64,000 bases of DNA from Candidatus Brocadiaceae bacterium (GTDB lineage: Bacteria; Planctomycetota; Brocadiia; SM23-32): the NCBI GenBank assembly GCA_003551305.1, contig PUMJ01000156.1:27325-91324 (forward strand). The letters run 5' to 3'. A program made the translations under genes and the position numbers. Positions 44,311 through 54,626 of this stretch are shown here, one piece after another. Each line of letters starts with the position of its first letter. Position 1 is the stretch's first letter. The notes under the pieces were generated by a model. The model did no database searches. It saw nothing but the letters and a program-made list of their open reading frames with translations, and had not been told where the DNA came from.

Positions 44311-46575
44311 ATGTCCAATCCGTTGCTGACCATTCTGGCCGGATGTTTCCTGATCACCGTCGGCCTGCAGGCCGCCTCCGCCGCAACCGAGGGCGAGTCG
44401 CCCCGTCAACTCCAGGAGCGGACGACCTGGCCCTGTCCGCTTCCGCCCGACACGCTCGATCCCGCCGCGCTGTTGGACCTGCGCTATCTGAACGAGGAGC
44501 AGGCCGGCATGCACGGGTTCGTCAGCGTCGACGCCGAGGGCGGCTTCCGGCGTGGCGACGGTGAACCGCTGCGTTTCTGGTCCACGGTCGTGAAGTGGCA
44601 GACCAAAGACCCGGCCGAGATGGACCGCCTCGCCGGCTGGCTGGCCAAGCGGGGCGTGAACCTGGTGCGGCTGCACCCGCGGATCTGGACGCGCGAGGTC
44701 AAGCAGTTCGGTCAGATCGACCGCCAGGAGCACGACCACGTCCGCCAGATGGTGGCGGCCCTGAAGAACCACGGCATCTACACCCAGTTGCTGCTCTACA
44801 GCGCCATGGACGGCCAGGGGCTGCATGACCGCGTCGAAGGCGTGCCGGTCGGGCGGGAAGTCCGCTCGCCGCTGCAGACGGGCATCCTGTTTCTGCACGA
44901 GGGGCTCCAGGAGTTCCTGAAAGAATGGACCACCGCTCTGTTGACCGAGCCCAACCCCCATACGGGACTGCCGCTGGCCGAGGACCCGGCCGTGGCCCTG
45001 ATCGAGATCCAGAACGAAGACTCGCTGCTGTTCCACACTGTCAGAAACCTCCAGGGCGAAGACCTCAGGCTGGCCCAGTCGCTGTACGGCCAATGGCTGG
45101 CCCAGCGGTACGGCAGTCTGGAGCAGGCGCTCACGGCCTGGGGCGGTGCGCGGGCGGAGGGCGATGATCTCGCCGAAGGCCGGGCCGGCTTCTACCACCT
45201 CTGGGACCTGACCCGCGCGGGCATGGCCCACCATCGTCCCAGCGCGGCCGCGCGCCGGCGAATGGCCGACCAGACGCAGTGGTACACCGAGACGATGCGC
45301 AACTTCAACAAGGAGTTCATCACGTTCCTTCGCGAGGAGTGCGGCGTACGGGTGCCGACTATCCCGGGCAACTGGCGCACCGCCGACGACGTGACTCTCA
45401 TCGAGAACGAGCGCTACAGCTATGCCGTCGGCGAGGTGATCGCCGCCAACCGCTACTTCACCGGCGTCCACGCCGGGTCCAGGACGCACTACTGGGTCAG
45501 CCAGGACGACCACTTCGCGCCGGCCGCGATCGTGCTGGAGCCCGAGAGGCTTCCGATCAATGTCCGCCAGTTCAAAGGCAAGGCCTTCGCCGTCCCCGAG
45601 ACGATGTGGGTCGAGCCCAACACTTACCAGAGCGAGGGCGCACTGGCGATCGCGGCCTACCAGTCGCTCACCGGGGTCGACATCGTGCATTGGTACCACC
45701 AACGCGGCGACGACTGGCATACCCCCGCCACCTGGCGGCCAGGCTACGGGAAGTTCTCGGCCAACACACCGATGATCCAGGGCCTCTGGCCCGCGGCGGC
45801 GCTGCTGTTCCGTCAGGGGTACCTGCAACAGGCCCGGCCGGTGCTCATCGAGCGCCGCAGCCTGCAGGCGCTGTGGCAGCGCGAGGAGCCGGTCATCGCC
45901 GAGCAGGCCGTCTTCGACCCCAACCGCGACATCAGCGATGAGGCTCGGGCAAGCGGCTTTGAGGGCCCGGTCGATCCACTGGCGTTCATGGTCGGGCCGG
46001 TGCTGGTGGACTATTCCGAGGATCCCCAGCCCAGCGAGCTCATCGACCTGACGCCCTACATCGACCGGGACGGCCGGATCGTGCGGGCACGGACCGGCGA
46101 GATCGCGCTCGACTACGGCCTGGGTCTGCTCCGCGTGGAAGCCCCGAAGGTGCAGGCGGCCGCGGGCTTCCTCGGGCGGGCCGGGCGGCAGGAGTTCGCC
46201 GACGTCACCATCGACAGCGGCAACGAGTTCGCCAGCGTCATCATCATCGCGATGGACGATCGGCCCCTGCGCGAGTCGGCCCGGGTGCTCGTCCAGGTCG
46301 GCACGCGCCAGGAGCCGACAGGCTGGGACGTGGAAGAGGCCGAGTTCACCACCAGGGACCAGACCGTCCAGGGCTTCAAGATCGTCGATGTCGGCGGTCC
46401 CCCGTGGCAGATCGAGCGGGCCGACGTGCGGGTCCGCGTGGCGAACCCGTCCCTGCGCACGGCACACGTGCTCGACATCAACGGCATGCCTGTCGCCACC
46501 GTGCCGCTTGATCGCGACACCGACAGCGTGACCTTCCGCTTCCCGGTCGACGCGTTGTACGTCGTGCTTGAGTAG
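44311..46575 (+). CDS. secreted clan GH-A (TIM-barrel, GH5-like) glycoside hydrolase
   Basis: Signal peptide MSNPLLTILAGCFLITVGLQAASA; acid/base-like IEIQNEDS; 754 aa; family not assigned. Confidence 0.6.
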   Translation: MSNPLLTILAGCFLITVGLQAASAATEGESPRQLQERTTWPCPLPPDTLDPAALLDLRYLNEEQAGMHGFVSVDAEGGFRRGDGEPLRFWSTVVKWQTKDPAEMDRLAGWLAKRGVNLVRLHPRIWTREVKQFGQIDRQEHDHVRQMVAALKNHGIYTQLLLYSAMDGQGLHDRVEGVPVGREVRSPLQTGILFLHEGLQEFLKEWTTALLTEPNPHTGLPLAEDPAVALIEIQNEDSLLFHTVRNLQGEDLRLAQSLYGQWLAQRYGSLEQALTAWGGARAEGDDLAEGRAGFYHLWDLTRAGMAHHRPSAAARRRMADQTQWYTETMRNFNKEFITFLREECGVRVPTIPGNWRTADDVTLIENERYSYAVGEVIAANRYFTGVHAGSRTHYWVSQDDHFAPAAIVLEPERLPINVRQFKGKAFAVPETMWVEPNTYQSEGALAIAAYQSLTGVDIVHWYHQRGDDWHTPATWRPGYGKFSANTPMIQGLWPAAALLFRQGYLQQARPVLIERRSLQALWQREEPVIAEQAVFDPNRDISDEARASGFEGPVDPLAFMVGPVLVDYSEDPQPSELIDLTPYIDRDGRIVRARTGEIALDYGLGLLRVEAPKVQAAAGFLGRAGRQEFADVTIDSGNEFASVIIIAMDDRPLRESARVLVQVGTRQEPTGWDVEEAEFTTRDQTVQGFKIVDVGGPPWQIERADVRVRVANPSLRTAHVLDINGMPVATVPLDRDTDSVTFRFPVDALYVVLE

Positions 46576-46614
46576 ACCCAGCTTCGATGCGGCAATACGC
46601 CCGCAGGTGGATGT

Positions 46615-46817
46615 CCACAGGCTGCACGTGCGCAGCCGGCTGCGGGGTGATCGCGCACGAAAGGATCTCAGCGTGCGCTGCTGCCGACTACCGGAGCCGG
46701 GCAAGTGCAGCGGCTCAGCCGCCGCTGTGCCGCTTACTCCTCCCGCTTCCCTGCGCCGCGAATACCACCACAGGCCTTTCCGATGGAGCGGGTGGCCGTC
46801 TGGGAAGGAGCGGGGGA
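46615..46817 (+). repeat. intergenic repeat family A, copy 2 (~203 bp)
   Basis: Direct-orientation copy of 43861..44062 in the next intergenic region downstream. Confidence 0.7.
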
Positions 46818-46909
46818 CAAGCCCTTGACATATCCTATACAGTCGAATAAGCTTGGTTCCAGGCGACAGGACCGGCTGGCGGGATCGGAAGGGGAGGAGG
46901 CGGCCCACT

Positions 46910-46969
46910 CGGGCGTTACTGACCGATTTGGGCGGGTGGCGGTGTGCTCTGCGAAACGAATCCATTTGC
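46910..46969 (+). repeat. 60-nt element B (inverted copy of 4573..4632)
   Basis: The reverse complement shares an exact 23-mer (gcaaatggattcgtttcgcagag) and a further cccaaatcgg.cag...cgcccg block with 4573..4632. Confidence 0.6.
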
Positions 46970-47216
46970 TCCTTGACGTGCTTAAGATAACATCGTGCAA
47001 CACTGAAGCAGTCGTACAATCGCCGTCGTCTGTGCATCCGGCCACAAAGCCGGCGGGCAAGCGTCGTGGTTACCCTGGTTCCTGCGCCCACAATCCCTGC
47101 TCAGGCGGGCGAGGAACCCGTCGCGCAACCCCGGTGCCTGTCTACGCGTCTCTTGAATCGTCAGATGGCTAATCGACCTGTTGCTCACTGACCTTAAGGA
47201 TAGAAGGGCTGCACCG

Positions 47217-48794
47217 ATGAGTGAGACGCTGTACAACGGCATCAGCCTGCCGGACGAGTGGCCGCCGCGCGACCAGTCGCCGGCCACCTCCCAGCCCATG
47301 CGCGTGCCCTATCTGCAGCGGCCGCCGGATGTGATCCCCATCGACGGCGGACGCCAGCTTCTGGTGGACGACTTCCTGATCGAGGACTCGATGATGCCCC
47401 GGGCCTTCCACCGCCCGGTCAAGCATACGGGCAACCCGGTTCTCTACCCCCAGACCGCCGACGAGTGCAACGAGGCCCTGCCGCCGACCGCCATCCCCAA
47501 GTGCGGCGGGGTCTGGTACGACGAGCGCGACCGGCTCTTCAAGATGTGGTACATGGCCAGCTATCTCGGAGCCATGGCCTACGCGGTCAGCAGCGACGGC
47601 ATCCACTGGGAGCGCCCGTCTCTGGACGTGGTGCCCGGGACCAACCTCACCCTGCCGCGGGATGTCCACCCCGATTCCGGCACCGCCTGGCTCGATCATG
47701 AGGCGGCCGACCCGGCGGAGCGCTTCAAGATGCAGATCCGCGAACCGAACAGCCCCGAGAAGGGCGGGAACTTCGGGGCGCTCATGCTGACCTCACCCGA
47801 CGGCATCCACTGGAACCAGCGACAGAGGACGGGGCCGATGGGCGACCGCAGCACCATGTTCTACAACCCGTTCCGGAAGGTCTGGGTGCAGAGCATCCGC
47901 AGCGGGGCGCCCGGCCGCGGGCGCTGCCGCCGTTACTTCGAGCACCCGGAGTTTCTGGCCTCGGGGAACTGGCAAGAGGGAGAACCGGTGTTCTGGACCG
48001 CAGCCGACTGCATGGACCTGGGCCGCGATGCCCGGGCGGAGTTGTACAATCTGGACGCGGTGGCCTATGAAAGCCTGATGGTGGGCTTCTACCAGGTCCT
48101 CAAGGGACCGCCGAATCACATCGGCCAGCGGACAGGCGAGCCCAAGCTGACCGAACTGGTGCTGGCCACCAGCCGGGACGGCTTTCACTGGCACCGCCCC
48201 GACCGCCGGGCCTTCATCGGCGCCCGCCGCGAGCCGGGCTCGTGGGAGTACGGATACGTCGAATCCACCGGCGGGATTATGCTCGTGGTTGAGGACGAAC
48301 TGTGGTTCTACTACTCGGCCTACGGGGGCGATCCCGACCGCATAACCGATGACTGGCACACCAACGGCATGTACGGCAACGGAGCGGTCGGCCTGGCCCG
48401 GCTCCGCCGTGACGGCTTCGCCTCGCTGCAGGGCCGTTTCCCGGGCGCCGGCATGACCACTCGCCCGCTGCGGTTCTCCGGCGACCGGCTTTTCGTCAAC
48501 GCCGGCACCGTCGGCACGCGCCTCAGAGTGGAGTGCCTCGACGAGCAGCGGCAAGCCATCCCGGGATACTCCCTGGAGGACTGCGAGGGCTTCGTCGGCA
48601 ACTCCACCCGGGCCGAGATCCGGTGGAAGGACGGGGCCGGCATCGGGCAACTGGCCGGCCGAGCGGTGCGCCTGCGTTTCCAGATGGACCGGGGCGACCT
48701 CTACTCCTTCTGGGTGAGTGCGCACGAGGACGGACGCTCCGGCGGTTACCTTGCCGCAGGTGGGCCGGGTTTCACCGAGGCGAGGCACATTTGA
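47217..48794 (+). CDS. beta-propeller glycoside-hydrolase-like protein (GH43/GH32/GH130-type fold), family unassigned
   Basis: From Met13 of the track ORF: ...TGNPVLYPQ...GGVWYDERDRLFKMWY...SSDGIHWERP...LATSRDGFHWHRP...WFYYSAYG. No signal peptide. Confidence 0.45.
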   Translation: MSETLYNGISLPDEWPPRDQSPATSQPMRVPYLQRPPDVIPIDGGRQLLVDDFLIEDSMMPRAFHRPVKHTGNPVLYPQTADECNEALPPTAIPKCGGVWYDERDRLFKMWYMASYLGAMAYAVSSDGIHWERPSLDVVPGTNLTLPRDVHPDSGTAWLDHEAADPAERFKMQIREPNSPEKGGNFGALMLTSPDGIHWNQRQRTGPMGDRSTMFYNPFRKVWVQSIRSGAPGRGRCRRYFEHPEFLASGNWQEGEPVFWTAADCMDLGRDARAELYNLDAVAYESLMVGFYQVLKGPPNHIGQRTGEPKLTELVLATSRDGFHWHRPDRRAFIGARREPGSWEYGYVESTGGIMLVVEDELWFYYSAYGGDPDRITDDWHTNGMYGNGAVGLARLRRDGFASLQGRFPGAGMTTRPLRFSGDRLFVNAGTVGTRLRVECLDEQRQAIPGYSLEDCEGFVGNSTRAEIRWKDGAGIGQLAGRAVRLRFQMDRGDLYSFWVSAHEDGRSGGYLAAGGPGFTEARHI

Positions 48795-48820
48795 GCAAGG
48801 TGCAGTCGGCGCGCGGGTTG

Positions 48821-49915
48821 TCAGTCCAGCACGGCGAGGGCGGCATCGCGGATGATGTCTTCGGGCACGCCCTCCCGCTCGGTCCAACGGCCTATGCCCT
48901 CCAGCAGCACGAAGCGGTTCTTGCCGGTGACGAACTTCTTGTCGTGCTGCATCAGCCGGAGGACCTGCTCCAGTTCGAGTCCCTCGACGCGGACGGGCAG
49001 TCCGGCGCTCTGCAGTACGGCGCGCAGGCGGCGTGTCACTTCCGCGTCGCAGAGCCCGCACCGGACGCTGATGTCGGCGGCGGCCACCATGCCTACGGCC
49101 ACGGCCTCGCCGTGGGTGAGGCGTCCGGCGGCGGCCTTCTCCATCGCGTGGCCCAGGGTATGGCCGAAATTCAGGCAGACGCGCACATGCGCCTCGTCCC
49201 GTTCGTCTCTTCGCACCACGTCGGCTTTCAACTCGACACAGGTCGGCACGACGCGCATGAGCGCCTCCCGGTCCAGGGCCACGAGCGCCTCCACATTCGC
49301 CTCCAGGAACTCGAACAGGTCCACGTCTACGGCGCCGTACTTGATGACCTCGGCCGTGCCGGAGCGCACCTGGCGGGGGTCGAGCGTCGCCAGCGTGGCG
49401 AGGTCCATGTAGACGAGGCCCGGCTGATAGAAGGCGCCGACCAGGTTCTTGCCCTCCGGCAGGTTGACGGCTGTCTTGCCGCCGACGCTGCTGTCCACGG
49501 CGGCCAGCAGGGTGGTGGGCGCCTGCACGTAGGGTACGCCGCGGCGGAAGCAGGCGGCCGCGAAACCGCCCAGGTCGCCGACCACGCCGCCCCCGAGGGC
49601 GACCACGACGGGGCGGATGGAAGGGTCCGGGGCGAACCGGGCCAGCCAGCGCACCGCGCGGGCGAAGTTCTCCAGGTTCTTGTTCTCCTCGCCGTCGGGC
49701 AGATCCCAGCGGTCAACGTGGCCGAAGCCCGCCGCCCGCAGGCCGGCGGCGGCCGCCTCGTAGTAGAGGCCGCCGATGCGAGGGCTGGTGATGAGGGCCA
49801 CGTTGTCGCGTGCCACGCCGCGCTCGCGCATGGCGGCACCGAGGTCGCCCAGACAGTCGAAGCCGATCAATATGTCGTAGGACCGCTCGCCGAGCGGTAT
49901 GCGAACCGTGCGCAT
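48821..49915 (-). CDS. aroB: 3-dehydroquinate synthase
   Basis: VALGGGVVGDLGGFAAACFRRGVPYVQAPTTLLAAVDSSVGGKTAVN...LNFGHTLGHAME: classic AroB motifs. Confidence 0.85.
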   Translation of the reverse strand: MRTVRIPLGERSYDILIGFDCLGDLGAAMRERGVARDNVALITSPRIGGLYYEAAAAGLRAAGFGHVDRWDLPDGEENKNLENFARAVRWLARFAPDPSIRPVVVALGGGVVGDLGGFAAACFRRGVPYVQAPTTLLAAVDSSVGGKTAVNLPEGKNLVGAFYQPGLVYMDLATLATLDPRQVRSGTAEVIKYGAVDVDLFEFLEANVEALVALDREALMRVVPTCVELKADVVRRDERDEAHVRVCLNFGHTLGHAMEKAAAGRLTHGEAVAVGMVAAADISVRCGLCDAEVTRRLRAVLQSAGLPVRVEGLELEQVLRLMQHDKKFVTGKNRFVLLEGIGRWTEREGVPEDIIRDAALAVLD

Positions 49916-49963
49916 GGCCGGTGCTCACCTGGGGGAATGTGGAGGCAGTATGTAATCACGTTT

Positions 49964-50005
49964 GGCGCCCGCCTGCAACTGAGGGGGCGGCACAGGGCGG
50001 GCGCC
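49964..50005 (-). terminator. GC-rich hairpin immediately after the mutL stop (putative terminator)
   Basis: 10-bp stem ggcgcccgcc/ggcgggcgcc with an internally structured loop, 2 nt after the TGA at 50008..50010. Confidence 0.35.
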
Positions 50006-50007
50006 GT

Positions 50008-51747
50008 TCAGGTGCGGTGGAACTTCCTGTCCAGTTCGGCCCGGCTCAGGTGGATGGTGGTGGGGCGGCCGTGCGGGCAGTTTCCGCTTTCGCCGGCCTC
50101 GGCCCGCTGCTCCAGCAGGTCCCGGAGTTGCCGGGGGCTGAGCCTCTGGCCCGCCTTCACGGCCGCCCGGCAGGCCATCAGCTGCAGTATCTTCTCCAGG
50201 CGCCCATCCACTTTGCGCGCCCCGCGGGGTCCTTCAAGCTCGGCGAGCAGTTCCTCGAAAAAGCTCTTGGCGTCGAAGTTGCCCAGTATCTGCGGAAAGG
50301 AGCGGACGATGACCGAGCGGTCCCCGAAGGACTCCATCTCCAGCCCGAAGCGCGCCAGGTCCTCCTGCAGGTCCATGACGGCGAAGAACTCCTGTTTCGG
50401 CAGTTCCACCACGTCCGGCACAAGCAACTGCTGGCTGTTGAGCGGCCCTTCAGCCAGACGGGGCTTGGTCTTGTTGTAGAGGATGCGCTCGTGCAGCGCA
50501 TGTTGATCAATGATGTTCAGTCCGTCGGCGACCTCCTCGATGATGAAGCTGTCCAGCACCTGCATGCAGTTGCCGAAGCGAACCTCATGGCGGGGCTGCG
50601 CGGCCGGGGCGCGGCCGGGCGCCCCCGAGCCGCCGGGCCCGGGGCGGGCTCCCTGCGAGGAGGCCTCGGACTGCCCGGCGAAGAAGTCGCCTATGGCGCG
50701 CCGCACCGACTCCCGCGCCGGGTCGGGCTCCGGCTCGGCGAGGGCCACCTGGGGCGTTATCCGGGCCTGCCGGAGGCAGTCGCGCATCGCGCCCAGCACC
50801 TGCTGGTGCACCTCCCGCGGCCTGCGGAAACGCACCTCCAGCTTGGTGGGATGCACGTTGACGTCCACCTGGCGTGGCGGCAGGGTCAGGAACAGGAAGC
50901 AGACCGGCCGCCGCGCGGAGGTCATCAGTTGCCTGTAGGCCTCGGCGATGGCGTGCATCAGCGTCTTGTTGCGCACGTAGCGGCCGTTGACGAACGTGTA
51001 CTGCATGCGCGTGTTGCGGCGGTCTATGGACGGGGGCAGCAGGAAGCCCTCGATCTCCAGCTCCGGCTCCCGCCCCGCGAGCGGGATGAGGTTGTCGGCC
51101 ACCTCACGGCCGAAGAACTCCCCGATGCGCTGGGCGCGGTCGGCGGCGGGTGGCAGGTTGAAGACGCGCCGCCCGTTGTGTTTCAGCACGAAGTGAATGT
51201 CCGGGCGCACCAGGGCCAGGCGGGTGACGGCCTCGGTGATGTGGGCCATCTCCGTCGCGGTTGTCTTGAGGAACTTCTTGCGCACCGGGACGTTGTAGAA
51301 CAGGTTACGCACCTCCACCTGCGTGCCCACGGGGGCGCCGCAGGCCTTCACCGGGCTGATGACGCCGTCCTCGACCTCCACCTCGTGGCCGCTGTCGCTC
51401 GGCGGCGTGCGGCTGACGATGCGCGCGTGGCTGACGGCGCCGATGCTAGCCAGGGCCTCCCCCCGGAAACCCATGGTGGTGATGTCGAAGAGGTCCTCCT
51501 CGTCCGTCAGCTTGCTGGTGGCGTGACCGGCGAAGGCCAGAGCGAGATCATCGGCGTCCATACCGCAGCCGTCATCCACCACGCGTATGAGGCGCGCTCC
51601 GCCGTCCTCCAGTTCCAGTTCGATGCGCCCTGCCCCGGCGTCCAGCGAGTTCTCCACAAGCTCCTTCACGACGGAGGAAGGGCGTTCGATGACTTCACCG
51701 GCCGCTATCTTGTTGGCCAGATTGCTGGGCAGGATGTGGATTGCCAT
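50008..51747 (-). CDS. mutL: DNA mismatch repair protein MutL
   Basis: N-terminal GHKL ATPase: MAIHILPSNLANKIAAGEVIERPSSVVKELVENSLDAGA...VVDDGCGM; 579 aa. Confidence 0.9.
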   Translation of the reverse strand: MAIHILPSNLANKIAAGEVIERPSSVVKELVENSLDAGAGRIELELEDGGARLIRVVDDGCGMDADDLALAFAGHATSKLTDEEDLFDITTMGFRGEALASIGAVSHARIVSRTPPSDSGHEVEVEDGVISPVKACGAPVGTQVEVRNLFYNVPVRKKFLKTTATEMAHITEAVTRLALVRPDIHFVLKHNGRRVFNLPPAADRAQRIGEFFGREVADNLIPLAGREPELEIEGFLLPPSIDRRNTRMQYTFVNGRYVRNKTLMHAIAEAYRQLMTSARRPVCFLFLTLPPRQVDVNVHPTKLEVRFRRPREVHQQVLGAMRDCLRQARITPQVALAEPEPDPARESVRRAIGDFFAGQSEASSQGARPGPGGSGAPGRAPAAQPRHEVRFGNCMQVLDSFIIEEVADGLNIIDQHALHERILYNKTKPRLAEGPLNSQQLLVPDVVELPKQEFFAVMDLQEDLARFGLEMESFGDRSVIVRSFPQILGNFDAKSFFEELLAELEGPRGARKVDGRLEKILQLMACRAAVKAGQRLSPRQLRDLLEQRAEAGESGNCPHGRPTTIHLSRAELDRKFHRT

Positions 51748-51753
51748 GGGCGC

Positions 51754-53010
51754 TCATTCGGGCGTCAGCTCGGGCGGGTTGAGCTTAGGCCGCAGGGTCT
51801 CCTCCGGCAGGGCCGCCTTCAGCACCCGCGCCTGCGTGCGCACGGGCAGCCCGTGCAGCGCGATGAACCCCAGGGCCGCCTGATGGTCGAACTGGTCCCC
51901 TTCGTCGTAGGTGGCCAGTTCCTTCCGGTAAAGGGCCAGGGGGCTTTTGACGCCGACCTTGGTCGCCTGCCCCTTGTAGAGCTTCATGCGCACGGTGCCG
52001 CTGACGACCTGCTGGCTGCTGAGCACGAAGGCGGCCATGTCCTGGTGGAACTTGCTGAACCAGAGGCCGTCGTAGATCATGTCGGCGTAGTGGGTGCTGA
52101 CGGTCTGCTTGAAACGCAGGGCCGGGCGGGTCAGCGTCATCTCTTCCAGCGCCCTGTGGGCGGCGTGGAGCAGGACGGCAGCGGGGGCCTCGTATATCTC
52201 GCGGCTCTTGATGCCGACGACCCGGTTCTCCAGGTGGTCTATGCGGCCGACGCCGTGCGGGCCGGCGCGGCGGTTCAACTCGTGGATCAGTTCGGGCCCG
52301 TCCATTTTGCGCCCGTCGAGGCCGACGGGCACGCCGCACTCGAACTCGACCTCGACGTACTCGGCCTCGTCGGGCGCTTCGGCGGGCGCGGTCGTCCAGG
52401 CGTAGGCGTCCTCAGGTGGTTCAGCCCAGGGGTCCTCCAGCACACCGCACTCGATGCTGCGGCCCCACAGGTTTTCGTCGGTCGAGTAGGGGCTCTTGCG
52501 GGTGACGTCAACCGTGATGCCGTGCTCGGCGGCGTAGTCCATCTCGTCCTCGCGGGTCATGCCCCACTCACGGGCGGGGGCGATGATCTCCATCTCGGGG
52601 GCGAGCGTCTTTATGGCGACGTCGAAGCGGACCTGGTCGTTGCCCTTGCCGGTGCAGCCGTGGGCGACGGCACGGGCGCCGTGGCGCCGGGCGGTGTCCA
52701 CCAGCAGCTTGGCGATCAGCGGACGCCCCAGGGCCGTGGCCAGCGGGTAGACGCCCTCGTAAAGGGCTCCCGCCTGCAGGGCCGGCCAGATGAAGTAGTC
52801 CACGAACACTTCGGTGGCGTCAACGACCAGCGCCTTCACGGCGCCCACTTCCAGGGCGCGGCGGCGGATGGACTCCAGGTCCTCCTGCGTGCCCAGGTCG
52901 ATGGTGAGGGTGATGACCTCCAGGTCGTAGGTCTCCTTTATCCAGGTGACGGCCACAGAGGTGTCCAGGCCGCCGGAGTAGGCCAGAACGACGGTGTCTT
53001 TCTCGGTCAC
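51754..53010 (-). CDS. argG: argininosuccinate synthase
   Basis: VVLAYSGGLDTSVAV (PP-loop)...AHGCTGKGNDQVRFD... Confidence 0.9.
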   Translation of the reverse strand: MTEKDTVVLAYSGGLDTSVAVTWIKETYDLEVITLTIDLGTQEDLESIRRRALEVGAVKALVVDATEVFVDYFIWPALQAGALYEGVYPLATALGRPLIAKLLVDTARRHGARAVAHGCTGKGNDQVRFDVAIKTLAPEMEIIAPAREWGMTREDEMDYAAEHGITVDVTRKSPYSTDENLWGRSIECGVLEDPWAEPPEDAYAWTTAPAEAPDEAEYVEVEFECGVPVGLDGRKMDGPELIHELNRRAGPHGVGRIDHLENRVVGIKSREIYEAPAAVLLHAAHRALEEMTLTRPALRFKQTVSTHYADMIYDGLWFSKFHQDMAAFVLSSQQVVSGTVRMKLYKGQATKVGVKSPLALYRKELATYDEGDQFDHQAALGFIALHGLPVRTQARVLKAALPEETLRPKLNPPELTPE

Positions 53011-53180
53011 GGGTTTCTCCTCGGGGGTTTTGCGCCGCCGGCGCGCACGACGAATACCGATAGCGTCCTGCGGGGGGAAAAGGCGCCGACCACCGCACAG
53101 GCCCCATTGCCATACCGGGTTGCGCCAAAAAGGGTTATATCACAGCCCTTTGGCCCTGTCAATGAAGCTGACGTTTGCGT

Positions 53181-53209
53181 GTGACGCGCCCGCGGGTCGC
53201 TGCTATAAT
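53181..53209 (+). promoter_or_regulatory. putative sigma70-like promoter for the anSME gene
   Basis: GTGACG - 17 nt - TATAAT (perfect -10), about 67 nt upstream of ATG 53276, in the divergent argG/anSME intergenic region. Confidence 0.4.
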
Positions 53210-53275
53210 GAGCGGGAGACGCCGGCCGGCCATCGACGCGGCCGGGCATTCGCGACTGCGAGACGCCGTGATGCG

Positions 53276-54622
53276 ATGAGAAAACCCCACCTGGGCATCC
53301 TGATAAAGCCGGTCAGCTACGACTGCAACATGGCCTGCGACTACTGCTACTACCGGCCGGTGGAGGCGCTCTACCCGGACCGGAAGCGCCCCCGCATGAG
53401 CCCGGAGGTCTTCGATGCCGTCTGCCGCCAGTACCGCGCCCTGGAACCGCGCCGGATAAATGTCGGCTGGCAGGGCGGAGAGCCAACCCTGATGGGGCTG
53501 GACTTCTTCCGCCGCGTCATCGAAATAGAGACCAGCAACGCCCGCCGGGGCGACTGCTGGGGCAACAGCCTCCAGACTAACGGCGTCGTGCTGGACGATG
53601 AGTGGTGCGAGTTTCTGGCCCGCCATCACTTCCTGGTCGGCCTGAGCGTGGACGGGCCGGGCGAGCTGAACACCATGCGCCGCTTTCCCAACGGCAAGCC
53701 TGCCTTCGACATCACAATGCGCGCCCTCGAACTGCTCCGCAAGCACCAGGTCGAGCACAACCTCCTGGTGGTCATCAGCCGCACGAACGTGGAGCAGCCG
53801 GACAGGATCTTCCAGTTCCTCGTGGACAATGACTGCCACTATGCCCAGTTCATCCCCTGCACCGAGCCAGCGGGACCGGTGGGCGGCCTCAGCGGCCACT
53901 CCATCACGGCCGAGCAGTACGCCGACTTCATGCTGGCGATGTTCGACCTCTGGGTGGAGAACGACGATCCGACCTACTACATCCGGCGCCTGGACAACTG
54001 GATCCACCAGTTTTTCGGCCTGCCTCCCGAATGCTGCGAGTACCGCGAGGACTGCTCGAACCTGGTGACCATCGAGTGGAACGGGGACGTCTACCCCTGT
54101 GATTTCTACGTCACCGAAGAGTACCGGATGGGCAACGTGCGCAAGAGCACGCTGGAGCAGATGCTCAACGGCCCGGAGTTCAGGAAGTTCGTGCGCCGGG
54201 CGGAGGCGCTCCCGCCGATGTGCGACGGCTGCGAGTGGCTGAAGGTCTGCCACGGCGGATGCTACCGCCACCGGGCCAAGCTCGGCATAGAACAGCAGGA
54301 GACGCCCTACCTGTGCGAGGCGAAGAAGCGCATTTTCGGGCACGTTTTCGAGACGCTGGAGCGCATCAAGGGCGGGCCGGCGGACAACGAACTGCACCGG
54401 TTTCTGAACCATATCGGTCGGCGGGTCGCACAGGAGCGGATGGCGGCGCGGGCCCCGGCGCCGGCGCGCGGCGGGGCGCCCTCTGGTCGCCGGACCTCTT
54501 CGGCCCGTCGGGCGGCCGCCCCGCCCTCGGGCGCGGGGCGCAACGAGCCCTGCCCCTGCGGCAGCGGCCGCAAGTTCAAGCACTGTTGCGCCTCCAGGGC
54601 GCCCAGCGGCCGCCGGGGGTAG
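53276..54622 (+). CDS. anaerobic sulfatase-maturating enzyme (radical SAM/SPASM) with C-terminal SEC-C motif
   Basis: From Met95 of the track ORF: MRKPHLGILIKPVSYDCNMACDYCYY (CxxxCxxC)...SPASM Cys clusters (CTEPAG, CEYREDCSNL, CDGCEWLKVCHGGC); Ala/Arg-rich linker; terminal CPCGSGRKFKHCC. Confidence 0.8.
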   Translation: MRKPHLGILIKPVSYDCNMACDYCYYRPVEALYPDRKRPRMSPEVFDAVCRQYRALEPRRINVGWQGGEPTLMGLDFFRRVIEIETSNARRGDCWGNSLQTNGVVLDDEWCEFLARHHFLVGLSVDGPGELNTMRRFPNGKPAFDITMRALELLRKHQVEHNLLVVISRTNVEQPDRIFQFLVDNDCHYAQFIPCTEPAGPVGGLSGHSITAEQYADFMLAMFDLWVENDDPTYYIRRLDNWIHQFFGLPPECCEYREDCSNLVTIEWNGDVYPCDFYVTEEYRMGNVRKSTLEQMLNGPEFRKFVRRAEALPPMCDGCEWLKVCHGGCYRHRAKLGIEQQETPYLCEAKKRIFGHVFETLERIKGGPADNELHRFLNHIGRRVAQERMAARAPAPARGGAPSGRRTSSARRAAAPPSGAGRNEPCPCGSGRKFKHCCASRAPSGRRG

Positions 54623-54626
54623 GTGT

